Assembly: GCA_003241685.1 (NCBI GenBank)
Contig: QFPJ01000011.1
Coordinates: 6,116-70,115 of the forward strand
DNA: 64,000 nucleotides
From: Sphingopyxis macrogoltabida
GTDB lineage: Bacteria > Pseudomonadota > Alphaproteobacteria > Sphingomonadales > Sphingomonadaceae
Reading direction: 5' to 3'
A program made the position numbers and the translations under genes. Each line of letters begins with the position of its first letter. Within the stretch, counting starts at the first letter, position 1. Below, in pieces: positions 40,356-51,636 of this stretch. The notes beneath the pieces were generated by a model that made no database searches, was not told where the DNA came from, and saw only the letters and a list, made by a program, of their open reading frames with translations.

Positions 40356-42389
40356 TTATCCCGGCGTTCGCTTGCCGAGATAGGAGCTCAGCGGCGCGTT
40401 GGGCAGCCGCCGGTTCGTCGTGGGGTGCAGCGTGTCGTAAACCACCGCATTTTCCAACACCCGCTGGACATAGTTGCGCGTCTCGAAAATCGGGATCGCC
40501 TCGATCCAGTCCAGAATATCGATGCCGCCGGACCGCGGGTCGCCATTGGCGCGCAGCCATTTGTTCACATTGCCGGGGCCGGCGTTGTAAGCCGCGACGG
40601 CCAGCGGATAGCTGCCCCCGAAATAGCTGAGCATCTGCTGGAAATATGTCGACCCCAGCGTCATGTTGTAATTGGTGTCGGTGGTGAGCGACGAGGCGTC
40701 ATAGCCCAGGCCCAGCTTGCCCGCGACTTCGCGCGCCGTCCCCGGCATCAACTGCATCATCCCGCGGGCACCCGCATGGCTGACGGCGGCGCGGTCGAAC
40801 TGGCTTTCCTGCCGCGTGATGGCATGGATGAAGGTCCAGTTTCCTTCATGGCCGACGGGCACGCGGACGGTCGGAAAGCCCGAAACCTCGACCGCGTCTA
40901 GGCTGTTGGCCTGTGCACTGCGGCCGATCATCACGCCCAGGTCGGGCCGCCCGATCGACGATGCGAGTTGTCCGGCAAGAACATGGTCCGCCGGGGATGT
41001 CGCCTTTTGCGCCAGCGCGCGCAGGAACAGCGACTGGTCGCGCCACGCGCCGATCTCGCCCAGCGCGCGGGCGGCGCGGACCAGACGGTCGTCCTCGAAC
41101 GCGCGCCGCTCGTCCGAACTGACGGCGATGGTCGGGTCGGGCCGGGGCTTCGGCTGCGCCCGGCCCAGCCGTTCGAGCGAAAGCTGGCCATAAAATTGGT
41201 CGTAATGCTCCGCCGCGTCGGCGAAATTCGCGTTGGCGCTGGCGCTATCGCCCGCGGCCAGCGCCGCGCGGCCGGCCCAGTAAAAGCCTTTCGTGCGCGT
41301 CTGCGCCGATCGCGCCGCCTCGCCATAGGCGCGGTAAAGTCGCGCCGCCTCGGCCGGACGGCGGAGATTCTGGAAGGCCAGCTGGCCGGCAAGCCACGCC
41401 AGCGAGGTGTAATCGTCGCGCACCCCCAGCGGGGTTTCGCGCACCACCGTTCCGGGCGGCAGCGCATCGTCGAGTTGCCGCGCGATATTATAGGCGGTCG
41501 TCTTGTCGCCCGCCGCGTCGGCCTGCCGGGCGTTGGTCAGCAGCGTTTCGAGCCACTCCTCCGCATCGGTCGGGGCGCTGGTTAGCGATCGCGGCGCGGC
41601 GAGCAGCGCGCGCGCCTCGCCGACGCGGCCGAGCTTGCGCAGCCAGGTCGCCTTGTCGGTAATATATCCCGCATCGGTCCGCGTGATCCGGGGATTGGCG
41701 GTTTCGACGGCCGACGCCTGGAACGCGGCGTCGACGGCGCTGCTGCGCATCGCCAGCCGCGCGGAAAACACGGCACGTCTGTCGGGGGACGTATAGGGAA
41801 GCTGGCGGCCCGCCGCGGCGGTGGCGCCCGACCACAGCAACCGGTCCATCCGCGCATCATGGTCGGCGGGGCTGATCGCGCCGGGAAACAGGCTGAGCGC
41901 GCGGCTGGTTTCATAATCGTCGAGCGGGCCGGCGCTCCATGCGCTGCGCACGGCGGCGTTGGCCTCGTCGCGGCGCCCGCTGGCGTTGAGCGCGATGGCA
42001 TAGCGCAACTGTCCGCTCGCCGTCTGCGGCGGATAGGCCTGGAAATAGGCGAGGGTGCGGGCCGGATCGAAACTGTCGAGCGAGATGGCCCGCTCGGCGC
42101 GATTGCGCATCTTGTCGGCGTCCGGCCAGCCCGGGTTGCTCATCAGGAACCGCGACAGTTGGTCGAACGACGCCATGTTGTTCTGGGTCAGCCGCCGCCA
42201 TTCCATCAGCGCGTCGCCGACCGAACTCGATGCGGGGGGCGGACCCGATGTTGCCGCCAGCCCCATCTGAGCCCGATACCAGGCCATTTGTTCGGGGGTC
42301 AGTTCGCTGGCGGAGGCGATGCCGGGAACCAGCAGGGCCGCGGCCATGGCGAGGCGGGAAATGGGGGATAGCTTAATCATAGCGGCCAT
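40356..42389 (-). CDS. Soluble lytic transglycosylase
   Basis: Signal peptide; RQESQF, GMMQLMP, AYNAG, ETRNYV. Confidence 0.93.
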   Translation of the reverse strand: MAAMIKLSPISRLAMAAALLVPGIASASELTPEQMAWYRAQMGLAATSGPPPASSSVGDALMEWRRLTQNNMASFDQLSRFLMSNPGWPDADKMRNRAERAISLDSFDPARTLAYFQAYPPQTASGQLRYAIALNASGRRDEANAAVRSAWSAGPLDDYETSRALSLFPGAISPADHDARMDRLLWSGATAAAGRQLPYTSPDRRAVFSARLAMRSSAVDAAFQASAVETANPRITRTDAGYITDKATWLRKLGRVGEARALLAAPRSLTSAPTDAEEWLETLLTNARQADAAGDKTTAYNIARQLDDALPPGTVVRETPLGVRDDYTSLAWLAGQLAFQNLRRPAEAARLYRAYGEAARSAQTRTKGFYWAGRAALAAGDSASANANFADAAEHYDQFYGQLSLERLGRAQPKPRPDPTIAVSSDERRAFEDDRLVRAARALGEIGAWRDQSLFLRALAQKATSPADHVLAGQLASSIGRPDLGVMIGRSAQANSLDAVEVSGFPTVRVPVGHEGNWTFIHAITRQESQFDRAAVSHAGARGMMQLMPGTAREVAGKLGLGYDASSLTTDTNYNMTLGSTYFQQMLSYFGGSYPLAVAAYNAGPGNVNKWLRANGDPRSGGIDILDWIEAIPIFETRNYVQRVLENAVVYDTLHPTTNRRLPNAPLSSYLGKRTPG

Positions 42390-42490
42390 CTAATGCCAAA
42401 CTCCTTGCGGGGCGCTGAATAGGCGTCCATGAGCGGGCGCGCCCAGCCGGAGTCTATCGGCTAAGGCGGTTTTTTGTAAAGGAGCGGAGC

Positions 42491-43372
42491 ATGTTTTCGG
42501 GTTCGATTCCCGCCTTGGTGACGCCATTTCGCGACGGTGCGTTCGATGCTGCGGGTTTCGCGCGCCTCGTCAAATGGCAGATCGAGGAAGGAACGAGCGC
42601 GCTCGTGCCATGCGGTACGACCGGCGAAAGTGCGACGCTCAGCTTCGATGAACATTATCAGGTGATCGATGCGTGCATCGCCGCCGCCGACGGCCGCGTG
42701 CCGGTGATTGCCGGATGCGGGTCGAACGATACCGCGACGGCGATCCGCCACATGCGCCACGCGGGTGCGGCCGGCGCCGCGGCGGCGCTGGTCGTCGCGC
42801 CCTATTACAACCGCCCCAGCCAGGACGGCATCGTGGCGCATTATCAGGCGCTTGCCGACGCCAGCGATCTGCCCATCGTCGTCTATAATGTGCCCGGACG
42901 GACCGTAACCGACATCAGCGCGGAGACGATGTGCCGGCTGGCCGAAATTCCGTCGGTCGTCGCGATCAAGGACGCCAGCGGCGATCTGGCGCGGGTGACA
43001 CAGCACCGGGCGGGGGCGGGGGCCGACTTCTGCCAGCTCAGCGGCAATGACGATCTGTGGCTGGCCCATGCCGCGATGGGCGGTGTCGGGTGCATTTCGG
43101 TCACGGCCAATGTCGCGCCGCGCCTGTGCGCCGATTTCGCCGCCGCCTGTGCCGCCGGGGCCTGGGCGCAGGCGCTGATCCTCCATGATCGCCTGTTCGA
43201 TCTGCACCGGGCGATGTTCACCGATGCATCGCCGGCGCCGGCCAAATATGCGCTGTCGAAAATCCACGGCTGGTTTTCGCCGGAAGTGCGCCTACCTATC
43301 ATCCCGGCGACCGCGGCATCCTGCCGGGCGGTCGATGCCGCGCTGTCGTCGGCGGGAGTTCTTCAGGTTTAA
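42491..43372 (+). CDS. dapA: Dihydrodipicolinate synthase
   Basis: GTTGE, PYYN, YNVPGRT, AIKDA. Confidence 0.96.
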   Translation: MFSGSIPALVTPFRDGAFDAAGFARLVKWQIEEGTSALVPCGTTGESATLSFDEHYQVIDACIAAADGRVPVIAGCGSNDTATAIRHMRHAGAAGAAAALVVAPYYNRPSQDGIVAHYQALADASDLPIVVYNVPGRTVTDISAETMCRLAEIPSVVAIKDASGDLARVTQHRAGAGADFCQLSGNDDLWLAHAAMGGVGCISVTANVAPRLCADFAAACAAGAWAQALILHDRLFDLHRAMFTDASPAPAKYALSKIHGWFSPEVRLPIIPATAASCRAVDAALSSAGVLQV

Positions 43373-43376
43373 TTGC

Positions 43377-43862
43377 ATGGCCCGTCCGCAGTCCGCCGCA
43401 GAATTCGACAAGAAAAAGGTCGTCGCCGAAAACCGGCGCGCGCGCTTCGACTATGCCGTCGAACAGGTGTTCGAGGCGGGCATCGCGCTGCACGGCACCG
43501 AGGTGAAATCGTTGCGTTTCGGCGAAGGGACGATCGCCGAAAGCTATGCCGAGGTGACGGGCGGCGAGGTGTGGCTGATCAACGCCAATATCCCCGAGTT
43601 CAGCCACGGCAACCGTTTCAATCACGAACCGCGCCGGCCGCGCAAGCTGCTGCTGAACGGCCGCGAGATCAACAAGCTGCACGCCGGGGTGATGCGGCAG
43701 GGCATGACGCTGGTGCCGCTGTCGGTCTATTTCAACAGCCGCGGCCGCGCGAAGGTCGAGCTTGCCTTGGCCAAGGGCAAGAAGGCGCACGACAAGCGGG
43801 AGTCGATCAAGGAGCGCGACTGGAAACGCGACAAGCAGCGTCTGATGAAGGAGCGGGGATGA
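43377..43862 (+). CDS. smpB: SsrA-binding protein
   Basis: [26 protein letters not shown]. Confidence 0.97.
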   Translation: MARPQSAAEFDKKKVVAENRRARFDYAVEQVFEAGIALHGTEVKSLRFGEGTIAESYAEVTGGEVWLINANIPEFSHGNRFNHEPRRPRKLLLNGREINKLHAGVMRQGMTLVPLSVYFNSRGRAKVELALAKGKKAHDKRESIKERDWKRDKQRLMKERG

Positions 43863-44527
43863 GCGGCGACGCGCCTCGCGATCCGGCGGTGAAGGACGCC
43901 CGGATAAAGGACGCCCCGGTCCGGGACAAGGCGGCGGTGATGAACTGGATTCGCCGCCATTCGCCGTCGCGGGAAGAGTTGCTGCAAAGCCGTTTCATTC
44001 GCCCCTTCGCCCACCGCGTCGCGCACAGCCATTTGTGGCGCTTTACCCGGACGTCGGTGCCGCGCGGCACGGCGCTGGGCCTGTTCGTCGGGCTGTTCTT
44101 CCTGATTCCGGGCGTGCAGATCCTGGGCGTGGCGCTGCTCGCCCTGCCTTTTCGGGCCAATATTCCGATCGGCGCGGCGATGACGTTCCTGTCGAATCCG
44201 CTGACCACGCCGATCATCCTGGCCGCATCGGTCTGGCTCGGCAGCGCGCTGTTCGGCCTGCACACCAATGTCTCCAACCTCTATATCCTTTACGATGAGG
44301 GCGCGTCGCTGATCGAATGGTGGCACTGGTTCACCGCCAATGCGGGAACCGCATTGCTGGGCGGGCTGGCCGGATTGTTCGTCATCTCGCTGGTGTCCGC
44401 GGCCGTGGGTTACGTGCTGGCGGCGCTGTTCTGGGACAATTGGATTCGCCTGCGCTGGCGCCGCAAGCTGCGCCGCGCCCGCGACCAACGACTTGAGCCT
44501 TCGACGAGCGACACGCCGGCCGGTTGA
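43859..44527 (+). CDS. DUF2062-like membrane protein
   Basis: LWRF.R.SV.RG.A.G, SNPLT; ATGA overlap with smpB. Confidence 0.75.
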   Translation: MSGDAPRDPAVKDARIKDAPVRDKAAVMNWIRRHSPSREELLQSRFIRPFAHRVAHSHLWRFTRTSVPRGTALGLFVGLFFLIPGVQILGVALLALPFRANIPIGAAMTFLSNPLTTPIILAASVWLGSALFGLHTNVSNLYILYDEGASLIEWWHWFTANAGTALLGGLAGLFVISLVSAAVGYVLAALFWDNWIRLRWRRKLRRARDQRLEPSTSDTPAG

Positions 44528-44619
44528 ACCCGGCATGGCGAAGCGTATAGCTTTGCCCCATCGCAAGGACGCCCCCTCCCTTGGCGGTGCGCCCTTGGTC
44601 ACTCGATACGGGGAATAAT

Positions 44620-46686
44620 ATGACATATCTGCACCGCACGTCCCGCCTGCTGGCGACCGCCGCGCTTGGCGCGCTTCTGGTCGGCCAGGCACCGGCCGTC
44701 CTTGCCCAGGATGCCGCCGCGACCGCCCAAGCCCCCGCGGGGTCCGCCGAAAAGCCGGCGATAGGGGATTTCGGCTTCGATATGGCCGGGATGGATCGCA
44801 GCGTTCAGCCGGGCGACGATTTCTACGGCTTCGCCAACGGAAACTGGGCCAAGAATACGCCGATTCCCGACGACAAGTCCAACTATGGCATGTTCACGGC
44901 GCTGGCCGATCTGTCGCAGGAGCGCACGCGCGAGATATTGGACGCGGCCAAGGGCGATCCGAACAGCATGATCGGCCGCGCCTATGCCTCCTATCTCGAT
45001 TCGGCGACGATCGAGGCAAAGGGGCTTGCGCCGATTCAGCCGTGGCTCGCCAAGGTGCGCGCGGTCGACAAAAAAGGCCTCGCGGCCCTGCTCGCCGAGG
45101 CGGACCGCAGCGGCGTGCAGCATTTCTTCGGCGGCTATGTCGGACAGGACGACAAGAATCCCGACGTCTATATCTATAATATGAGGCAGGGCGGCCTCGG
45201 GATGCCCGACCGCGATTTCTACCTGAAGGACAATGAGCGGAACGCCAAGCTGCAGGCCGCCTATCTGGCGCATCTGCAAAATGTGCTGACGCTGGCCGGC
45301 GAAAAGAATGCCGCGGCGCGGGCTCAGGCGATCTACGACTTCGAAAAGAAGGTCGCGGCCGTGCATTGGGACAAGAACGACAGCAGCGATGCGACCAAAA
45401 CCTATAACAAGCTGACGATCGCCGATCTTGCGCGGACCGCGCCGGGATTCGATTGGGCGACCTTCATCCGGGGGATAGGCGTTAAGGAAGACAGCCTGCT
45501 GGTCGCGCAGCCGAGCGCCTTTGCGGGCGAGGCGAAGCTGTTGACCGAGGCTCCGATCGCGGTGATCCGCGATCTGCTGCTGGTTCGCAGCGTCGACGCC
45601 TTTGCCGATGTTCTGCCCGATGCGGTGGCGCAGGAATCCTTCTCCTTTTTCGGCACCGCCTTGTCGGGCACGCCGCAGATGCAGGAACGCTGGAAGCGTG
45701 CGGTCGACTTTACGACCGGCAATATGGGCGAAGCGGTCGGCAAGGATTATGTCGCCAAATATTTCCCGCCCGAAACCAAGGCGGAAATGGACAAGCTGGT
45801 CCAGAATGTCCTCGCCGCCATGGGGCGCCGGATCGACGGCCTGACTTGGATGCAGCCCGCCACGAAGGTGAAAGCGCGCCAGAAACTGGCCAATTTCACG
45901 ACCAAGATCGGCTATCCCGACCAGTGGAAGGATTATAGCAAGCTGGAAATCCGGGGCGACGACCTGTTCGGTAATGCGCTGCGCGCCAACCAGTTCGCGC
46001 ATGACGACAATATCGGCCGGCTGGGCGGCCCGATCCGCCGCTGGGAATGGTTCATGACGCCGATGACCGTCAACGCCTATGCCAATTTCGGGATGAACGA
46101 AATCGTCTTTCCCGCCGCGATCCTGCAACCGCCCTTTTTCGATCCGAAGGCCGATCCGGCCGTCAATTACGGCGGCATCGGCGCGGTGATCGGGCATGAG
46201 GTCAGTCATCATTTCGACGATCAGGGCGCGAAATATGACGAGACCGGCAAGCTGGCCGACTGGTGGACGCCGGAGGACGTCAAGGCTTTCGAAGCCGCGG
46301 GCCAGGCCCTGATCGATCAGTACAGCGCCTATGAAGTGCTGCCGGGCGAACATCTCGACGGCAAGTTCACGCTGGGCGAGAATATCGGCGATCTCGCCGG
46401 CCTGACCGTTGCCTATGATGCCTACAAGGCGTCGCTGGGCGGCAAGGAGGCGCCGGTGATCGACGGACTGACCGGCGATCAACGCTTCTTCCTGGGCTGG
46501 GCGCAGGTGTGGCGGCGCAACTATCGCGAACAGAATCTGTCGCAGCGTATCACGACCGATCCGCATTCGCCGTCGATCCAGCGGACTTGGGTCTCGCGCA
46601 ACCTTGACCCTTGGTATAAGGCCTATCAGATCAAGGAAGGCCAGAAGCTGTATCTGGCGCCCAAGGATCGCGTTCACATCTGGTGA
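44620..46686 (+). CDS. M13 (neprilysin/PepO-like) metallopeptidase, secreted
   Basis: Signal peptide; VNAY, GHEVSH, GENIGD. Confidence 0.95.
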   Translation: MTYLHRTSRLLATAALGALLVGQAPAVLAQDAAATAQAPAGSAEKPAIGDFGFDMAGMDRSVQPGDDFYGFANGNWAKNTPIPDDKSNYGMFTALADLSQERTREILDAAKGDPNSMIGRAYASYLDSATIEAKGLAPIQPWLAKVRAVDKKGLAALLAEADRSGVQHFFGGYVGQDDKNPDVYIYNMRQGGLGMPDRDFYLKDNERNAKLQAAYLAHLQNVLTLAGEKNAAARAQAIYDFEKKVAAVHWDKNDSSDATKTYNKLTIADLARTAPGFDWATFIRGIGVKEDSLLVAQPSAFAGEAKLLTEAPIAVIRDLLLVRSVDAFADVLPDAVAQESFSFFGTALSGTPQMQERWKRAVDFTTGNMGEAVGKDYVAKYFPPETKAEMDKLVQNVLAAMGRRIDGLTWMQPATKVKARQKLANFTTKIGYPDQWKDYSKLEIRGDDLFGNALRANQFAHDDNIGRLGGPIRRWEWFMTPMTVNAYANFGMNEIVFPAAILQPPFFDPKADPAVNYGGIGAVIGHEVSHHFDDQGAKYDETGKLADWWTPEDVKAFEAAGQALIDQYSAYEVLPGEHLDGKFTLGENIGDLAGLTVAYDAYKASLGGKEAPVIDGLTGDQRFFLGWAQVWRRNYREQNLSQRITTDPHSPSIQRTWVSRNLDPWYKAYQIKEGQKLYLAPKDRVHIW

Positions 46687-46710
46687 TGCGCCAACGACAG
46701 AGAGACATCA

Positions 46711-49155
46711 TTGACCAGCCAGAGCCTGCCTTCCGCTGATACCGATTTCAGCAGGGGGGCGGGCTCCGCCAACGTGATCGCGGTGCCTGCCGCGCTGTCG
46801 CGAACCGATGGGGCGATCATCCTCGGGCTGGCGCTGTTGTCGGTCGTGCTGTTGTTCTGGGCAACGCGCGATCCGGTGCTGGTCGCGGGCTTCGTCGCCG
46901 GTCTTGCCCTGATTGCGTGCGGCATGCTGCTTTTTCGCCGACTGTTTCCGGCCGCCGCGTCGGGCGATGCCGCGCCGCCCGACTGGTCGATGCTGCGGCA
47001 GGCGGTCAATCATGACGATGTCGCGATTGCCGTTACCGACCGCGCCGGGCGACTCGTTTGCGCCAATGACCTGTTCGCGACGTGGATGGGCGGCTTCGTC
47101 ACGCCGCCGGGACTGCCGCTCGACGGGCGCGGCGCGGAGCTTTTGAAGAATGCCGGCCGGGCTGCCTGGCGCGATGGCGAGGGCAGCGTCGATGACCTGT
47201 CGATCGGCGCCCTGCCGCTGCGCGCGCAGGTCGCGCGCGCGGGTCAGTCCGACGATTATCTGATCTGGCGTTTTTCGGCCGTCGAGCGGCTCGATCTTGC
47301 GTCGGAAATCGTCCGGCATCTGGATGGTCCGGCCGGCCGCACGCTGGGTCAGGCGGGCATCATGGCCGCGCTCGTCAGCGCGGAAGGGCGCCTGCGCGTC
47401 GCAAACCATGCCTTTCTGCTGCGCGCTCTGGGGGAGAGCGATGCGGTTCATTATGCGGGCCGCGACGTCGCGGCGATGCTGCGGCTCGACGATGCCGGCG
47501 GCCTGTCGTTCGCGCGCGAGGGCGATCGGGCCACCCCGGTTCGCATGGTGCAGATCCCGCTCGCACCCGCCGACGCCAACGGGCCGATGCTGTTGGCGAT
47601 GCTGGACGAGGATATCGGCCCCGCCGATCGCGGCACGGCGCAAACCTATGTCGAAACGCTGTTGTCGCTTCTCCCCTTCGGCCTGGCCCTTGTCGATCGC
47701 GATGGCCGTTTCCTTTACATGAACCGGGCTTTCCTGCGGGCCGCGGGGGTCGAGGACGGGCGCAAGCCCCGCTATCCGGGCGACCTGGTCGTCGGGGAGG
47801 ACAAGGGGCCGCTCGCGGACATGATCCGCCGCCACAGCAGCGGCCAGCAGGTCGGCGGCGACCTGTCGATCCGGCTGGCCGGTCAGGGCGACGAGCCGGT
47901 GTCGATGCGGATTGTCGGCGTGCGGGGGCTGGGCGAGGCGGCCGTGTTGCTGAGCCTGAAGGATTCGAGCGAGGAGTCGCGACTGAAGCGGCAGGTGGCA
48001 CAGGCATCCAAGATGCAGGCCGTCGGCCAGCTTGCCGGCGGCGTCGCCCATGACTTCAACAATATCCTGACCGCGGTTCTTGGAAGCTGCGACCTGATGC
48101 TGATGCGCCATACGCCCGGTGACAGCGATTATGACGACATCCAGCAGATTCGCAGCAACGCCAATCGTGCAGCCAGCCTGACGCGGCAACTGCTCGCCTT
48201 TTCGCGGCAGCAGACGCTGCGGCCGCAAATCCTGCAACTTCCCGATGTGATTTCGGAGGTGTCGCACCTGCTCAAGCGGCTGATCGGCGACACGGTGCAA
48301 CTGTCGGTGCATCATGGGCGCGGGCTGGGCGCGGTGCGGGCCGACCCCGGCCAGCTTGAACAGGTGATCATCAATCTGGCCGTCAACGCGCGCGACGCGA
48401 TGCCCGGCGGCGGAACGCTGACGATCGAAACCTATCCCGTGTCGGCGGCGGACGTGCGCCAGATGGGCAACGAATTCATGCCGCCGGCCGATTACAGCGT
48501 GTTGCGGGTCCGCGATACGGGTACGGGCATTCCGGTCGACGTGCTGCCCAAGATATTCGAACCCTTCTTCACGACCAAGGATGTCGGCAAGGGGACCGGA
48601 CTTGGCCTGTCGACCGTCTATGGTATCATCAAGCAGTCCGCCGGTTTCATCTTTGCCGATAGCAGGCCGGGGCAGGGGACGGACTTCACCATCTACCTGC
48701 CCGTGCACCGCGCGAACGACGGCACGGCGGCGGTTGCGGCGCCCCCGCCCAAGGCCAAGAAGAGCCAATGGGGGACGGGGACGATCCTGCTCGTCGAGGA
48801 TGAGGATATGGTACGCGCGGTTGCCGAGCGCGCCTTGGTCCGCGCGGGCTATAGCGTCGTCACCGCGGCGCAGGGTGAAGAAGGATTGGAACGGTTCGCA
48901 GCGATGGACAAGATCGACCTTATCGTCAGCGACGTCGTCATGCCGACGATGGACGGCCCCGCGATGGTTCGCGCCATGCGCGCGCAGCGGCCGGATCTGC
49001 CGGTGCTGTTCATGTCGGGCTATGCCGAAGAACAGCTGCGCCAGTCGATCGACATCGCCGATGTCGCGTTTCTGCCCAAACCCTTTTCGGTGGTGCAATT
49101 GACCGAGGCGGTGTCGGCGACGCTGGACGATGCGGCGCATCGGGTGGCGTCATGA
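46711..49155 (+). CDS. cckA: Hybrid histidine kinase CckA
   Basis: 2 TM, PAS, GQLAGGVAHDFNN, NLAVNARDAM, REC (DVVMP); upstream of recA; start codon uncertain. Confidence 0.9.
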   Translation: MTSQSLPSADTDFSRGAGSANVIAVPAALSRTDGAIILGLALLSVVLLFWATRDPVLVAGFVAGLALIACGMLLFRRLFPAAASGDAAPPDWSMLRQAVNHDDVAIAVTDRAGRLVCANDLFATWMGGFVTPPGLPLDGRGAELLKNAGRAAWRDGEGSVDDLSIGALPLRAQVARAGQSDDYLIWRFSAVERLDLASEIVRHLDGPAGRTLGQAGIMAALVSAEGRLRVANHAFLLRALGESDAVHYAGRDVAAMLRLDDAGGLSFAREGDRATPVRMVQIPLAPADANGPMLLAMLDEDIGPADRGTAQTYVETLLSLLPFGLALVDRDGRFLYMNRAFLRAAGVEDGRKPRYPGDLVVGEDKGPLADMIRRHSSGQQVGGDLSIRLAGQGDEPVSMRIVGVRGLGEAAVLLSLKDSSEESRLKRQVAQASKMQAVGQLAGGVAHDFNNILTAVLGSCDLMLMRHTPGDSDYDDIQQIRSNANRAASLTRQLLAFSRQQTLRPQILQLPDVISEVSHLLKRLIGDTVQLSVHHGRGLGAVRADPGQLEQVIINLAVNARDAMPGGGTLTIETYPVSAADVRQMGNEFMPPADYSVLRVRDTGTGIPVDVLPKIFEPFFTTKDVGKGTGLGLSTVYGIIKQSAGFIFADSRPGQGTDFTIYLPVHRANDGTAAVAAPPPKAKKSQWGTGTILLVEDEDMVRAVAERALVRAGYSVVTAAQGEEGLERFAAMDKIDLIVSDVVMPTMDGPAMVRAMRAQRPDLPVLFMSGYAEEQLRQSIDIADVAFLPKPFSVVQLTEAVSATLDDAAHRVAS

Positions 49156-49505
49156 CGGAAGGGCGCCGTATTCTGCTCGTCGAAGACGATGTCCTGATCG
49201 GCATGATGCTGGTCGACATGTTCGATGCGCTCGGCTTTGCGGAGCCGGCGCAGGCGACGACCAACGACGAGGCATTGGCGATCATCGCGGAGGAACGGAT
49301 CGACGGGGCGCTGGTCGACATCAATCTGGGCGAGGAAAAGGGCTGGCCGGTCGCGGACGCGCTGGCGGCGCGCGGCATCCCCTTTGCCTTCACATCGGGC
49401 GGCGGCGACGTGATCCCGGCGCCGCACGCGAATCGGCGACTCGTCACAAAACCCTTTCGGCTGAGCGAGATAGAGGCTGCGTTAAGCGAGTTTTTCAGCG
49501 GCTGA
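49152..49505 (+). CDS. Single-domain response regulator, FAT-GUY-like
   Basis: VEDD, VDINL, GIPFAFTSG, KPF. Confidence 0.88.
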   Translation: MTEGRRILLVEDDVLIGMMLVDMFDALGFAEPAQATTNDEALAIIAEERIDGALVDINLGEEKGWPVADALAARGIPFAFTSGGGDVIPAPHANRRLVTKPFRLSEIEAALSEFFSG

Positions 49506-49549
49506 ACGCCTGCGAAACCCAAGGCGCAGGGCCTTTCCGCAAAAATTTT

Positions 49550-49584
49550 GTTCTCCACTTGTTCTATGAGAACAAATGTGGCAC
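49550..49584 (+). promoter_or_regulatory. LexA (SOS) boxes upstream of recA
   Basis: GTTC-N7-GTTC at 49550-49564 plus degenerate GAAC-N7-GCAC at 49570-49584. Confidence 0.88.
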
Positions 49585-49640
49585 ATGGGTACAGCGTTGC
49601 GGTGCGCCGGCAGGCGCTCTAGAGCTGGAAAGGGACGGTC

Positions 49641-50720
49641 ATGGCCGGACAATTGTCACTCGTGGAATCGGGGAAATCAGTGAACGGAACGGACAGGCAG
49701 AAGGCGCTCGACGCCGCGCTCGCGCAGATCGATCGCGCGTTCGGCAAGGGCTCGGTGATGAAGCTGGGGTCGAAGGAAGCGATGCAGGTGGAGGCCGTCT
49801 CCACCGGATCGCTCGGCCTCGACATCGCGCTGGGCGTCGGCGGTCTGCCGCGCGGCCGCGTCATTGAAATCTATGGCCCCGAAAGCTCGGGCAAGACCAC
49901 GCTGGCGCTGCACTGCATCGCCGAGGCGCAGAAGATGGGCGGCACCGCCGCCTTCGTCGATGCCGAACATGCGCTGGACCCGGTCTATGCGCGAAAGCTG
50001 GGGGTCGACATCGATGAACTGATCGTGTCGCAGCCCGATACGGGCGAACAGGCGCTGGAGATCGTCGACACGCTGGTGCGCTCGAACGCGATCGACGTGC
50101 TGGTCGTCGATTCGGTCGCCGCGCTGGTGCCGCGCGCCGAAATCGAAGGCGAGATGGGCGACAGCCATGTCGGCCTGCAGGCGCGGTTGATGTCGCAGAG
50201 CCTGCGCAAGCTGACCGGGTCGATCAGCCGGTCACGCTGCATGGTGATCTTCATCAACCAGCTGCGCATGAAGATCGGCGTGATGTACGGCAATCCCGAA
50301 ACGACGACGGGCGGCAACGCGCTGAAATTCTATGCGTCGGTTCGTCTGGACATCCGCCGCACCGGCCAGATCAAGGATCGCGACGAGATCGTCGGCAACA
50401 CGACGCGCGTCAAGGTCGTCAAGAACAAGGTCGCCCCGCCGTTCAAGCAGGTCGAATTCGACATCATGTATGGGCAGGGCATTTCGAAGATCGGCGAGAT
50501 TCTCGACCTCGGCGTCAAGGCGGGTCTGGTCGAAAAAGCGGGCGCGTGGTTCAGCTATGATTCGATCCGGATCGGGCAGGGGCGCGAAAATGCGAAGACG
50601 TTCCTCTCCGAAAATCCGGAACTGATGCAGCGTCTCGAAACCGCGATCCGCGGCCGGACCGACGCCGTGGCGGAAGAAATGATGGCCGGCCCCGATGCGG
50701 AAGACGACGGCGACACTTGA
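49641..50720 (+). CDS. recA: Recombinase A
   Basis: [26 protein letters not shown]. Confidence 0.99.
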   Translation: MAGQLSLVESGKSVNGTDRQKALDAALAQIDRAFGKGSVMKLGSKEAMQVEAVSTGSLGLDIALGVGGLPRGRVIEIYGPESSGKTTLALHCIAEAQKMGGTAAFVDAEHALDPVYARKLGVDIDELIVSQPDTGEQALEIVDTLVRSNAIDVLVVDSVAALVPRAEIEGEMGDSHVGLQARLMSQSLRKLTGSISRSRCMVIFINQLRMKIGVMYGNPETTTGGNALKFYASVRLDIRRTGQIKDRDEIVGNTTRVKVVKNKVAPPFKQVEFDIMYGQGISKIGEILDLGVKAGLVEKAGAWFSYDSIRIGQGRENAKTFLSENPELMQRLETAIRGRTDAVAEEMMAGPDAEDDGDT

Positions 50721-50730
50721 TTGATTCCCT

Positions 50731-50762
50731 TCCGGGTGGCGCGCGGTGCGGGCCACCCGGGG
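50731..50762 (+). terminator. Hairpin after recA
   Basis: CCGGGTGGC...GCCACCCGG; no clear U tract. Confidence 0.4.
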
Positions 50763-51004
50763 AAACGGGGGCGGGCCCGTAGCCCTTGCACGCTGCGCCG
50801 TACCTGCATTGCCCCTCTCCCGCAGGTCGGCCCGCTCGCCGTTGATCCCGATTTCGCTCCGGCGGCGGCGAACCCTCTGTTTCCCCTGTGACGGTTCTTT
50901 TGACTTGCCTGTAAGGGCTATTCGGGCTCTTTCACGGACATCGGTGATGGACCGGCCGGCCCTGATGGCCGGCCTTGGCCGCCACCCCGCCGGGAGAGAC
51001 ATAT

Positions 51005-51631
51005 ATGAGCCTGATCGTCCATCACCTCAACAACAGCCGGTCACAGCGTATCTTGTGGCTGCTCGAAGAAATCGGCGCGTCTTATGACGTCCGCTTCTAC
51101 GACCGCGACCCGGTCACCAATCTGGCGCCCCCCGAATTGCGCGCCGTCCACCCGCTCGGGAAATCGCCCGTGCTCGAGGATGAAGGCCGGACGATCGTCG
51201 AATCGGCGGCGATCGTGGAATATCTCTGCGAATATCATGGCGGCGACCGTCTGGTGCCGCAGCGCGGAACCGATGATCATGTCCGCCATCTGCAATGGAT
51301 GCATTTCGCCGAAGGGTCGGCGATGACGCCGATCCTGCTGCGGATATATACCGCCCGGCTGGGGGAGGCGGCCGCGCCGCTCGAGGCGCGCATTACCGAA
51401 CAGCTCGATTCGCATTTTTCCTATATGGAAAGCGAGGTCAGCGACGCGGGTCACTTCATCGGCAATGATCTGTCGGCGGCCGACGTCATGCTCAGCTTTC
51501 CGGCGGAGATCGCGATCATGCAAGGCATGGCGCCCCGCTATCCCAAGCTCGCGGCTTTCGTGAACGCCTGTCACGATCGCCCGGCGTGGCGCCGCGCGCG
51601 CGAAAAGGGCGGCGCCTATTATGGCTATTGA
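51005..51631 (+). CDS. Glutathione S-transferase
   Basis: NSRSQRILWLLEE, HPLGKSPVL, ESAAI. Confidence 0.93.
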   Translation: MSLIVHHLNNSRSQRILWLLEEIGASYDVRFYDRDPVTNLAPPELRAVHPLGKSPVLEDEGRTIVESAAIVEYLCEYHGGDRLVPQRGTDDHVRHLQWMHFAEGSAMTPILLRIYTARLGEAAAPLEARITEQLDSHFSYMESEVSDAGHFIGNDLSAADVMLSFPAEIAIMQGMAPRYPKLAAFVNACHDRPAWRRAREKGGAYYGY

Positions 51632-51636
51632 TCCTT

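Noticed and set aside
43891..43931. AAGGACGCCC repeat in DUF2062 N-terminus
   Set aside because: In-frame 15-bp micro-duplication in a probably disordered leader
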